From NCBI RefSeq assembly GCF_009914755.1, contig NC_060929.1: a stretch of 64,000 nucleotides of DNA; one strand, 5' to 3'. Below the pieces are notes generated by a model. It was not told where the DNA came from. It was given only the letters and a program-made list of their open reading frames with translations, and made no database searches. Shown in pieces: positions 31,724-44,800 of this stretch (positions within the stretch are counted from its first letter, which is position 1; each line of letters starts with the position of its first letter). The stretch comes from the human T2T-CHM13v2.0 reference genome, Homo sapiens. Both the position numbers and the translations under genes were made by a program.

Positions 31724-33000
31724 GGTCCTAGCAGTATGGCTGTGACTCAAGGATCACTAGGGCACCTCCTTCTCTGGCCAGTCACCTAAAGTGGCCTTCA
31801 CCAGACACCCAGAAATACATAGATTCATGCAGATCTTGTCTTTGCATGTACAACATATACTCCTCTACTAAACTTCCAAGCTTTTTCCAGTCATGATTCT
31901 TGAAATAAATAATCACCAATGTTACTTCTCCTAAATATAAAGATGCCAATTCATTTGGTTAAAAACACAACTTAATTCCTTCATTTCAAAACAAATTGAA
32001 ACTAAACCTCCTTATAGAGTAAAATTCTACAAATTAACTATTTCTAACAGATTACACTTTTGTCATTTTTAAATTCCTTTTGGCGACATGAAATCCAATG
32101 CCTCCAGTATTTAGAGAAGGCTGCTAAAATAATACAGACACAAAGAAAAGAAAAAGTGCTGCTGAGTTAAGTCAAGTGATTTCTAAGCCTGATCTGAGTT
32201 ACCCTCTGTGACAGCTGAAAGTGTACAGTTCTTAAGGGACTCTGGAAGGAGGAGGAGCAAAGTGGGCTAGGATGATTAGCATAAAGAGGCAGGCAAGACG
32301 GGCATTGGAGCTGCTTTGAATAATAGTGAACAAAGCACAGATTCTAAAGATGCCCTGCCCTTATGTTACAGTAACTGAGTACCTGATTTCTGCTACTTTG
32401 TTTGTAATTAAAATGCAAGCTGAAAGCAGGAGTTTATACTGCAAGGACATTCATTTGTGCATGTGAAATCTAAAAGGTATAAATGGAACTGGTAATGAGC
32501 TCATGGAAATGTACTGCTGGAACTTTCAATTTCTGTAAACACCTCCTAGTCTTCGGAAGGGAGCAGTTAGAGGGCAGCCTTCCTGCCAAGGCAACTATTT
32601 GGAGTTCTGGAAGAAAAATAAACACACAAAACATTATCTTTCCAGAGTCCTATTTCTGTTTCCCACTTAGAGTTCTTATTGCTACTTCTAGGTCATAGGA
32701 GAAAGTAATTTCCAGTTTTACTCGTTGGCTATTTCCTTACTGTTTGGAAACATAAACCCCAAACACCATTAATTTAACTTGAGAGCTTGCCATAACTGAA
32801 GTCATAATGAATGCTGGTAGGTCCTGCCCTTCAAGAGTCACAGCTCTTCGCAGATTCAGAAAGAAGGTAGTGGGCAGGACTAAGGAGAAAGGCAGAGCTG
32901 TTTAGCCTCGAAGTCTGGACTCTGCAGCTTCTTATGTGCATTTGGAAATTGGTGTTAAACTTGACACTGTAATGAATTTACCTCCTAACCAGATCTGGGT
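31724..33000 (-). promoter_or_regulatory. RANBP3L: RANBP3L 5'UTR and proximal promoter (non-CpG-island); TSS not determinable from sequence
   Basis: Repeat-poor unique sequence directly upstream of the ATG, with a cluster of TGGAAA cores at 32504-32948. Confidence 0.6.
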
Positions 33001-36000
33001 GGCTGCCCTCATTTTACTTTGAGGCAATTAACAATTCCCCAAGTATAGTCTGGTTTATGAAAATTTTTATGAAGTAGGTGATTGATCTTTTATAATTCTT
33101 GAATGCTTTAATTGTTTCAGTAGTCTATCTACTGCAGTTTTAGGCTAATCACAGTGTAACAGATGACAGAAGTGTTGTGCTACTTTGAAAGAGAGTCTTG
33201 TTATTGGAGAGTCATAGTTTCTACTTTAAATGTCTGCTATTCATCTCATCTTCCACAAAAGCCATGGTGGAAAGACAAGGTGATTTTTCCTGAATATGTA
33301 AAGTTATTGTTATTCTATCAAGTTATGTACCTCACTAATAAGCATATTATTATACAGGTAAGTTAAATAACCTACAAAACTGTAAGCCAGCCCTTTCGAG
33401 AAATACATTTAAAATGTTTTATGATGAAAAAATTTAAAAATACATGAATAGGAGAGAATAGCACAATAAGCCCTGCATACTCATCACTTGGCTTCAATAT
33501 TATCAACTCATAGACAATCGTGTCTTAAAACTATGTGTTTCATTATAGCTGTTCTCCCCCTTATTACACCACTGGAGTTGAAGCATCCAGACATCATTGC
33601 ATTAATAAATATTTCAGTGTATATTTCTAAAATGTGAGGATTTAAAAATAGATAACCATAATAAGATAGTCACGCACATAACAATTAAATATGATTATTT
33701 GATGTAATTAAGCATCCACACAGTGTTCTTATTTTCCTGATTGTCTCATAAACTTTTTTATCTTTACATTTTTTGCAAATTGGGACCCAAAGGTCCACAC
33801 ATTGTATTTGGTTGATATGTTTCTCAAGTCTTTTTTAATCTATAGGTTCATCTCAGAGAGAAATGTTGCTTGGAGATGAACATCTACACTTACCCTAATT
33901 TATGTCTGATTTTTTCAAGGAAGCCCCCTAGATGCCTCCATTTTTCTTACTCAGGAAAAAAAGAGAAAAAAAAAGGGTGGTCATCTGGCCATGGAGGCTA
34001 AGACATCCAGCTTTCTTGCCATGGTGTTCTCATTCATATACAGTGCAACCTTGACCCAGCCACTTAACATTTCTGGGTTTGTGTCTTCATTTAGCATATG
34101 AAACAAATGTTTGCTAAGCAATGGGATAAATTATTCAACACTCATTCTATGGATATAAAGGCCTGGGAAAGGGAGGAGTATCCTACTTTGTCTCTGACTA
34201 GAGCCTAAGGAGAAAGAAATAGATTTAAAACTAAAATCTGGGTAGGATTTAGGGGTATATTTGAAAATCTAGTCCCTCAGTTTTCAAACTTAGCTAAGAA
34301 TCATAATTACCTAGGCCATATTGTAAAGATGTAGATTCCCGAGCCCCAACTGCACAGTCTGATGCCTAAGGTGCAATCTGGAATCTATATATTTTTATAA
34401 GTCCTCTAGTCTAAATAAACAAGCATTATCTGCTTAAACGGAGCTGGTTTGTTCCACTATTTCATTCATTACATCTTTCTTGAGGGCCGAAGAAACCAAA
34501 CCCTCCTTAAACAGTAATTTCAAGTGCCACAACGTAAGGGGACAGGGAGGATACAAAGGAATGCTACTGGTTCCTCTTTTGTGCATCAACGAGGCAGTCC
34601 CAGGCAGTGGCCTTGTGAGGGATTAGCTGAGTCAAGGGAATCCTGGGTTCCTACACTGCCTGTTAAGTTCCATTGCTGTTCTCGAAGGAGTCTCTGGTTT
34701 GATTTACCAGTTTCCACTGGAAATCATCCAGCATGGCAGAAAGCAGCACGTTACAGGAGTACATAAGATAACCTCAGATATATCAGCTACAGTGGGATGG
34801 GGGACTACTTTGCTTCCCCCTTTCCCCACTTACTTTCCAGAAACATCACCAAATTAGTTCACAGTGGGCATATTGTTCCTTTTTTTTGCATAAATGAAAA
34901 CAAGAAATCAGATTGCAGAAGTCTGGCTGGGTCAAGAAAGAGGTGAATCATCTTTGGCATTTTTACTTACAATTGATTAAAAATGAATTTGAATCCTATA
35001 AAGGCCAAACTTCTTCCCTTATCAAGTCTCTGTGATCCCCACAAAAGGATACCACTGGTTTCCTTTTCCTGGGGTTTTCCTTATCTGCCATATCTTCTCT
35101 GCTTAACCTGTGTCTTTGTACTTCCGGAAGAGTAGAGTGAAATGGCGCATCACAGATAATCAATCATACCAGCTGGCACTTTGGGGGTCGATACTTCAAA
35201 AAATTGATATTTTATTGCTAGAATTTATACCTCAAAAAGCACAGTGTGTGGCTGAACAAGCTAAATGGTATTAGGTTTACAGGAGGGTTTACTTTTCTCA
35301 GTTACCATATTCAAAAAGCAAGGACACATGCATTTAAAATTAGTCCACAAGTGAGTTACTTGTTTAGTTAATAACCTGCCATGTTTCAAAAGCATTTGTG
35401 ATGTCTAGTCTGCAAGTATATCTATTCTTTGAAGGCCTTTGGACTGCTTGGAATGATAGGTGCTATATAAATAAAAAGCAATATTATTGAATTTATCACT
35501 CTCATTCTTAGAGAATAAGTTTAAAGACCCCTATCAGCAGGCAAACATGAAAACTGTGGCTGGGATTAGCCTCATTATGATCCCCAAAGTACTACAGGAA
35601 TTATTAAATGATCATTATAGTTGAAGGCTGATGAATTAGTGTCAAGATTTTAGATTTTCTGTTGATTTTAAAAAACAGATCCCCTGCTCCTTTATATCAA
35701 GCAGTGGTTGATTTGTTTCCAGATTACTCTTCCTTAATACACAATCAGATATATTATAGATGAGAATGTTGAGTTTCAGGATCTCACAGTGGCTTATGTA
35801 TGGTGTATATTGTAAAGCCTCCACAAAGGTAGGCTTTCGTGGCTATTCAGAGCCATGTTATTACCCCAATGTACTATAGTGTTTAGCTCATAGAGTTTCC
35901 CAGGTGGCACTGTTGGCTGGATTCCCATAACTGCCATCTGTAAAAACATAGGAAACACAAATAATGGTAGAGATAGTTTCACTTGAATACTTGCTCCTGT

Positions 36001-36216
36001 CCGTGGATTCAAGAGACTACACTGGCATAGCACCAAACTGCTTACTTATCAAAGCTGCTCTCTATCCTGAAATTGCTACAATTGATCTTTAACCCATTGA
36101 ACACCAACATTTGGGTCATGTTTATCATAAATATTGCCTCACTACATAAACATTGCGTTGGCAGTTCAGACTAATTTGGGCCCTTTTGCTGCTGAGCCTT
36201 AGATTTGGCTGCCTCA

Positions 36217-36235
36217 GGGCTCCCTCTGGAGGTCG
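36217..36235 (-). promoter_or_regulatory. Candidate CTCF site
   Basis: Minus strand CGACCTCCAGAGGGAGCCC resembles the CTCF core CCASYAGRKGGCRC. Motif match only. Confidence 0.4.
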
Positions 36236-37641
36236 GCAGAGTCCAAGGTCAGTTAATATTAAAATAGCCTTGGCCTTGGCACAAGATAAACCCATGTCTT
36301 TTCATCCAGTGCCCACAAGAATGGGGTCCTGTATTTGTGAGCTTAGAAGATGATTGTCTGTATCTGAGGTTGGAGGAAAGTTACCTGATTATCCTCCTGT
36401 AAGTGAAATGTGATTACTGCTATGTGCTGGTATTTAACTTTCTGAAGTTTTACATTTTTCTATCTTTATTGAAGTGTTTTAGCTACAGTGAAAACAAAAC
36501 GAAATAAAACCATAGGTCAGAAAAATGCCAGATTTTATTTTATTTGTTTGTTTTAGTGACAAGGAAACCTAGAGTAAGGTGGTTCTGGTTCTATAATGAC
36601 CACCCTCTGGGTAGGAACAGATGATCCCACAGAGTCTGAATTCCATCTAGAAGTGTTTGAAGCACCTGGGAATTGGAATCAATGGGTTTACAGCACAACT
36701 TAACTCTTTGAAGGTAAATATGCACTAACTGGGATCAGTTTCAAAATAAAGCAAATTAGCTTGCACCAAATCAAAATTTTACTACTTCATTTGAATTGGC
36801 ATTTACAGGAATAAAATAATAGCAAACCATGTTTCTCACTCCCTTCCTCATAATTTCTTCTTTCCTTTTTAGTTGGTTTATTGGTTATTTGCTTCTTTCT
36901 TTTCTTCCTTCCTTCTTTCCTTTTTTCTTTGCATTTCTTCTTTCACTGATTTTCTTTTATATTAATTAGGCGGACTATAATGTAATTTTGATGTATTAAA
37001 AATAAAATTATTCTATATCTGAGATTTGCTTCAAAATAGCCTAGGAGAGTGAGATTTGGGGAGATAGAGATGAAATAAGTTTGGCCATAAACAGATAATT
37101 ATTAAAACTGAGTCATGAGTGCATGGGGATTTATAATGCTTTCATGTCTAATTTTGCATATTTTTACAATTTTTGTGATAAAGCACTTTAAAATATAATT
37201 ACTTTTAGTGAACCTGATTGAAAGGGTACAAGGAACAGGCAATGTGCTAGATTTATCAGAGTGTGTACAGAAACTCTTTATTTTTTTCCTAATTTTTTAC
37301 TTTTTACATTATACAATTCACACACAAAATATTTTGAAATGTTAACATTCAAATTAGTGTGGCAGTACTACATGAATACGATTTATAAACATACAAACAA
37401 ACCCACATCGGGGTATATTCTCAAGCATTTGTTGTTGCTAGGGGTGCATGACCATCAAGTTCAGAGACCTCCATGAGAGAGGAAGAAGGCTGAACCTTAT
37501 GGGAGGATGATGCACTCATTTAAAGAAAACCAAACCGTCATTTTACTTCTTCCTTCTCAACTGTGTAGCTATTCTTTTCTACATCCTTCTTCTAATTTTA
37601 TTAGTACTTTATCAGTTTTACTTCTAAAATAAAATTGGGTT

Positions 37642-38005
37642 GTGTCTTACCCAGTTTAGGCTGCTATAGAAGATTATAATAGACAAGGTGGCTTATAAGC
37701 AACAGAAATTTATTTCTCACAGCTATGGAGGCTGGCAAGTGCAAAATCAAGGCACGGACATGGTCAGGTTCTGGTGAAGACCTTCTTCCAGACTGAAGAC
37801 TGCTATCTTCTAATATTCTCACATGGGGAGAGGGTCAGAGAATTCTCTGAAGTCCCTTTTATAAAGGCACAAACCCCATTTATGAGAGCTCCACCCACAT
37901 GGCCTAATTACCTCCCAAAGGCTTACCTCCTAATACTATCACATTGGAGATTAGGATTTCAATGTAATAATTTGAGAGAGAGGGCACAAAAGATTTAGTA
38001 TTTAA
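37642..38005. mobile_element. MLT1A/MST-type MaLR LTR
   Basis: TTTAGGCTGCTATAA...GGTGGCTTATAAGCAACAGAAATTTATTTCTCACAG motifs. Confidence 0.7.
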
Positions 38006-38163
38006 CAAGTTCCCTTTTCAAGGGTAGAAGAGAGTTTTTAATCCAAATTCAGCTCCATAATGGGCCATTGAAGAAAAAAATGTCTATGAGCTCTTTAGAT
38101 TCCCTAGCTTCTTACTCTTGAACTAAAACTACTTGCATCCTAGCCCATAGATACTGTACATGA

Positions 38164-38170
38164 GTGCGCG

Positions 38171-38217
<47 letters not shown>
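38164..38217. repeat. (CG)6(CA)n alternating purine-pyrimidine tract
   Basis: Seen directly. Confidence 0.95.
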
Positions 38218-38219
<2 letters not shown>

Positions 38220-40097
38220 CTTTTCTCTTCCTGGCATTTGCAACCGGCATGTGAGGATTAGGTGTTGTAGCTTAGATATTGATCTTTGGCTTCAAACAAC
38301 AACATTGCCTAATGAGCTGCAGGTGAGAAATCCTAGGAACGCAAGAAAGCTCCTTGAACAGTTGTATCAGTAGCATGGCCATCAAAGTCCTCCCTCATTG
38401 CTCAATGAGGACCCAGAGAGACTGGGCTTGGAGAAACTGGAAGGGTCAGAATATAGGATCCTTTTCATGTCCTTAGTGGTCCAGTATGGGTAACCAAATG
38501 AAAGTGGTGGTGAATAAATCAAGGAAGAATCAACCTTCCACTTATAATCCTTTAAATTGCTCCTCAAATAGAGCTTGAAGCTCTCCCAGGACCTCTGAAA
38601 CCTAGAATTAAGTGTTATTGGCACAATAAGACAAAACTACTGCATGTTTTTCTGCTCCCCTTTTCTGTGTTTTACAGATATCAGCTACATCAGCAAACAT
38701 ATACTTCTTCATTGTCAGCTTTTCAAAGTAAAAAATGTTTTTAGGATCAGGATAAGCAAACAAAACAGATGACCCTGGAGATCATTATACAATGTATACA
38801 ATATCCTGTGTCACTTAAAATAAAACTAAAAAGAGAAATTGAATCTTAAATAGAAATTTTAATAAAGCAGTAGAGAAAAGGTGTTTTAAAATTACTCACT
38901 GGAAAAACTAATCAAAATAGCAGGCTGAGCATAGACTTCCAAATACATTTAAATGATATAAAAAGTTATACAGAGAGATAAAAAATATAGATGAACATAC
39001 ATTAGAAAGTTATCTTTAAGTATCTGCCATCATTGGATCATTAAAAGGACTTACTAAAGTAAAAAAGAGATAGGACCTGAACAATAAGAGTGGAATAAAC
39101 TAGTAAAAGAAAATGCTCGGAGCCAATAAGTATGCATATCATTGCATATTAATGAAAGAAATGCCTGTGAAACAGTCATGTTTATCTGTAGGATAACTGG
39201 CAATTATTTATTAAGAATGTGAGTTATCTGCCTGGGAAAGGATTTAAACAGGAACCAGAAAGAGAAGCAGAGCCAGAAGTGCCGTAAGACCTCTGATGGG
39301 TATATTTCTAGATGCCATGATCTACCATAACCCTGGCTTCAGGAGCTGAGTGCTTTGCAGTGGTTTCATCCGATAAATTAGTTTCTCTACAAGGTACTAA
39401 ATGAGTCACATAGAGTCTGCATCTTACCCTCCATCCCTCCTTTCAAATGTTAGCCAGGGATTCTTTCTCTCTCTCCCTAAAAATATTGCTGCACCTGTAG
39501 TAGAGGGAAACAAAAGGCACAAACATAGAATCATCTAATCACACAGCCAAGAAATGTTAGAGACAAGAGACAATGCCACAGGGACAGTGGTAATCCACTG
39601 ACATATTGTTTTAGCCTAAACAGAGCTTCAAATAATATTCAATTAACAATGAATATTTTTAAAGACCTATAGATTTTATATAAAATTCTAAATTTCAGGT
39701 TCTCATCACAAAATCAGACCCCCTACTTGTACCTCCTTCCCAAAAAGCCATTGTAATAGGCTCTAAAACACAGTAGCTCAAACAGGATAAACTTTTCTTT
39801 CTTCCTTACAAAATAGTCCAGAGATGTTCAAGTGGTCCAGAGTGGATAGGTGGCTGTATCTAAAGTTATCCAGGAAGCTTGGTTGCTTCTATTTTCTTGC
39901 TCCAAAAAAATTTACTTATTGTTAATATTTTGGATTTTAAAAAATTACTGTCTTTGCCAGAAAACAAATTCTTTTCCTTTTGTGGGAACTGATATATTAA
40001 ATAAATTAGAGAAAATTTAAATCTCCTGCATCCAGTAGATGATAAATAGAAATATAAAACCACTAAATCTGTACTCCTTTAAATCAACAAAATATGA

Positions 40098-40338
40098 CTT
40101 TTTTTTTTTCAAGACAGGCTGGAGTACAGGGGCGCAATCTGGGCTCACTGCAGCCTCCCTTCCAGGCTCATGCAATTCTCCCACTGCAGCCTCCTGAGTA
40201 GAATACAGGCACACCACCATGCCTGGCTAAATTTTTGTATATTTTGTAGAGACCAGGTTTCACCAGTTGCTGGACTCGAACTCTGGGGCTCAAGCAATCC
40301 ACCCACCTCGACCCCCCAAAAATGCTAGGATTACAGGC
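40098..40338 (-). mobile_element. Degraded AluJ-type SINE
   Basis: Poly(T) plus Alu arms with internal deletions. Confidence 0.8.
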
Positions 40339-40574
40339 AATCTTAAAATTTATCATGCACTGTTTTAAAAATTATAGATAGAGATATGGTAAGACAAAAC
40401 AGACACAAACAAAAAGTTTTCACCAAAACATTATATATAACCTATAATGACATGGATGGTGCTAAAGAAGAGAGAGAAATATAAGGTGCACCTATTCATA
40501 TGTACATAGATGCCTTGTTTGTACTAATAGCAAATGTCTATTCGATATTCCTTTCATAATCTTATTCACCCTGA

Positions 40575-41110
40575 AGCAGGCATTGTTGAGTGCCTGCCCA
40601 ACAGCCATTTCCTACTTCCTTTTTTCGGATAGAACTCTGATCTTGTGCAGCCATCTGCTTCAGGAGAGGTGGTCCTCATCCCCTCAAAAGGGATTGGTCT
40701 GACTCATGATGAAGACCCCATCCTCCTTGCCAGTCACTGGTTTAGGCAGGACATAGGATGCTGTCGGGCCAATGATATGAGAAGGGAATCTACTGGACTA
40801 AGTGGTGGAGCTCTGGGAAAGGTTTTCTCACTGTTAAAAAGGAGGCAATGAGAAGAAATGGGTTCATTTTTCTGCTTCTGGATATTGTCATTAGGATATG
40901 AAATTCTAAAATGGCTTACAGGGACCTAGTCTGAAGAAAAGGTGGGACATTCCTGGGTCTTCGCATGACACTGTTGAGCCACAAAATTAACCAACCTAAG
41001 CGCCGCCCCACCTCTGGAATTCTTTTAATGTGAGATGATAAATTGCTTTATTGCTTATGTACTTAAGTGGAAGCTTCAACTTTAAGTTTGCTTGTCACTA
41101 AAAGCATCCT
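40575..41110. mobile_element. LTR16-like ERVL LTR (a related relic lies at ~42690-43220)
   Basis: Motifs TGGTTTAGG...GGCCAATGA...CTGGGAAAGGTTTT...TGTGAGATGATAAAT; old and diverged. Confidence 0.5.
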
Positions 41111-41182
41111 AACCAATGCATATTTCTTTGTCAGTTTATTAAAAATTCTGTTGCATTTTCCTTACCTGATTACTAAAAAGTA

Positions 41183-41655
41183 GTGTGTTTAACGGTGTTC
41201 CCCAAAAAGACATGTCCACATCCTAATTCCTGGAACTTGTGACTGTTATCTTATTTGGAAAATGGTCTTTGCAGATGCAATTAAGTTAATCTTGAGATAA
41301 AATCTTCCTGGATTACGGCAGGGCAAGGGTGCTAAATTCAATGATAAGTATCCTTGTAAGAGACACACCCCAGAGATCTAACAGACAGAAGAGGAGGAGG
41401 CATTGTGACCAGAGAGACAGAGACTGGAAGGATGCAGCCACAAGCCAAGAAACACCAAGTCATACCAACCACTCCCCAAAGCTGAAAGAGGCACAAACAG
41501 AATCTCCCCTAGAGCCTATGGAGGGAGCACAGCCCTGCCAACACCCCAATTTTGATCTTCGGGGCTCCTGAGAATTGTGAGACAATAAATTTCTGTTGTT
41601 TTAAGCCACCAGGTTTGTGGTAATTTTTTACAGCAGCCACAGGAAACTAATATAT
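41183..41655 (+). mobile_element. MLT1C/D-type MaLR LTR
   Basis: CCCCAAAAAGACATGTCCACATCCTAA...CAGCAGCCACAGGAAACTAATA. Confidence 0.75.
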
Positions 41656-41826
41656 AAAAGTAGCACTGGAGAGGACTCAGTAGGAAGTCAGTTACCAACA
41701 ACACTTACTAGCTTAACCATAGGCTTTCCTATGCATGGTAGCCAAACGTGAGGGTATTATAAATCTCTTTATATCGAGGGGGAGAAAAATATGTAGGACT
41801 AATTCCAAGAGGAACACCAACATAAA

Positions 41827-41869
<43 letters not shown>

Positions 41870-44800
41870 AAGGTATTTATTTCTTAATGAGTATTTTTCC
41901 CCATTTGGGATAAAAACCTAGGGTAGGATCTTTTTTTTTCCAAAAATGATGTGCTTATTTGTATCTTTGTCTTCAGTAGTATATACTCAAATTATTATTA
42001 GCAATTACCGCTGGGGAATGAAACTGGAGAGGATGAATTTCCTATTATACTTACGCTTATTTAATTTTATTTACAGTAAACTCACTATTTCTATTGTAAT
42101 TTAAAAATTTAGTCAAAGATAATAGGTTCATATTTTCATACTCTTTCCTACTCTGATTATAGGGCTCAATTTTTTTTTACTGTGAACTCAAGGCAAAAGG
42201 AACGTGTACACTATAATGTGGTAAGTGCTGAACTACAGAGTGCCATAGAGAACAGAGAAGATTTCCACTATCAAGAAAAGCTTCTCAGGGGAGGTGACTT
42301 TTGAACTGTATCTTTAAAAAAAAAAAAACAAGAATTTGTCAAATGGACAATATGAGGGGAAGGGATAGAGACATTCTGGGCAAAGCCGTGAAAGAGAATG
42401 AGGCAGTCTACAGATGACAAGCAGTTTTCTGAGAATGGAGCACAGCATGCACCCTCTTACCCTTGTCTGGATTTGACCACTGAATTAAGACATCTGCCAG
42501 CTGCAGTTCTGATGAGCTGAACTTTCTATTGGAATTCTTTCTGGCCTGAGCTTGCCTATTGCTGTATAAGCTCTGGTGTGTCAGGGAGATTAGGCCAGAT
42601 ATCCTTTCTGTTATTCCAGAATGCAGTGTAGCTCAGTGGTGAAGATTTCTATGCTTGTTCAATAAGAATTTATTGAGCACCATGATAGACACTATAGATG
42701 GCTATCCAACAGCCACGTCCTCTTCCTCAAGAGAACCCCTGTTTTTTTCAGATGTTGAGTGGAAATAGCCGCCAAGGAAGGTACCTTAGCCAAAGCCAAT
42801 AATTATAATTCCATTTGCTTTTGCCAGTGTTTGGTTTAGGGGAGGCCATAAGATTGAATTTGTCAATGAAATACAAGGGAAGACTGCTGGGGATATTGAG
42901 GGAAATATTTTTTCCATGATATAAAGAAAAAGAAAAAGAAGAAGAAGGAAAACATATGGGAAGGATTTCACCCAAAATTTGTCTAGTCTTCAAATGAGGT
43001 TGTGTGAGAATGTGATGCTTCAGATGGTGTAGCCATCACGCAATGTTATGAGAGATATGTGCTGAGGACACTGAGGCAGAATGATGGGTAGTTTCTTTCT
43101 AGTTATTCGTGAGAATGTTAAACCACTAAAACCATCTTGAAGTCACTTACCTCTGGAAATGTAATGTGAGATCATAAACACTTATTGTAAGATATCCTGT
43201 TACTTGCAGTCAAAATCATTCTGAGGCAAGCATTTGCTGTATTTAAGACATTGAACTAAGTACTGGAGATTCAGTAGTAAGTAATACAGATATAGATCCT
43301 ACCTGCATGTAGCTATAGTCTTTGGGTCTGACAGTAGGTTCAAATTCAAGCTTTGATGCTTTTGGACTTAAGACCTTGGGGAAGTTATTTAATCTCTCTG
43401 AGCCTGTTTCATCATTTTCAAAACAGGGATGAATATTCCCTGAATATTCAGATCTATTCCCTCATAGATCTGTAGTGAATATAAAATGAAATAACACAGT
43501 GTTTAGCACAAAGCAATATCTCAATAACTAATAAGTGTGAGATGTGCTGGTGGTAGAAATAGGAATAGAAAGAGAAGGATGGCACAAAAGTCATTATCTT
43601 AAAGAAAGAATACCCAGGATTTTGGTAAACTGTTAGTTATAAAAATATTTGAGAGCTTTGTTTTCTTTCACATCATTATAGGAGTTAAAGTATTCTGATA
43701 TCTTCTTTGATTTATAGCTTATTGAGAAATGTATTGCTTAATTTTCAAATATGCAAAGAATTTCAAGTTATCTTTGTGCTATTGATTCTGTGGTCAGAGA
43801 ATATCCTTTGTATTATTTTAATCCTTTGAAATTTTTATGTATTTTAAGTTCAACATACGGTCAGTTTTGACAAATGTTCTCTATATACTTGAAAAGAATG
43901 TATCCTAGAGTTTTTTAGCTCTATATACATTCTATATGTGTCCATTAGGTCAAGTCAGTTAATCATATTTTTTAAATCTTCTATATCTTTACTGACATTT
44001 TTGGTCAGCTAGACCAAATCATAGATGATTTGTTGAGATAAGTATATTAAAATATCCTCTTGAGTTCCCTTTAAATTAAATATTAAAATTTCCTTTATGG
44101 TTACCCTTTTTATTCTTTCTCTTTTCATTCCTCCTAATTTTTACTTTTTATATTTTGAGGCTCTGTTAATTGCTTTTGCACTTACAATTGTTTTCTCATG
44201 GAGTAACCCTTTTAACAATGAAATGTCCTTTTTCTAACCTCTGGAAATGTTTTAGAAGATTCTACTTCATTTGCTTTCAATGTAACTCCATTTTGTATTT
44301 GTTAAGGTGTGCATGGTATATCTTTTATCCACAAACTTTTGTTTTCAATTTATCGATATCATTATATTTCAGGTATATTCCTTATAAGCAATGTACAAAT
44401 TATTTTTAAAACCTAGTTTGAGAATCTTTTTCATTTGAGCATTTAGTCCTAGATTTTCATGTCATTCATGTATATACATTTTTTAAAACTATGATTTTAA
44501 TATTTGTTTTCTATTTCTCCAACATGTTCTGTGTTCCTTTTTCTTTTCTTTCTTGCCTTTTTGGATTAATGATTGCTTATTATTCACTTTTTCCTATTAC
44601 CTTGTTAGTTAGCTTTCAGAAATGATTCTTTCAGTCGTTACTCTAAAGATTATAACATACACCCTTGACTTATTAAAGCCTGATATAAATTAATCCTTTA
44701 TCACTTCCTGTACAATATGAGAACCTTGGAACACTTTAACTTCATGTAGGCACCTTCTGCCTTTTGTGCTAGTGTTTCCATGTGTTTTAATACCAGATAT

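Noticed and set aside
31553-31750. ORF-track start upstream of the RANBP3L ATG and read-through past 31633
   Set aside because: Uses a non-ATG start and runs into the intron; the supported coding part is 31723-31633.
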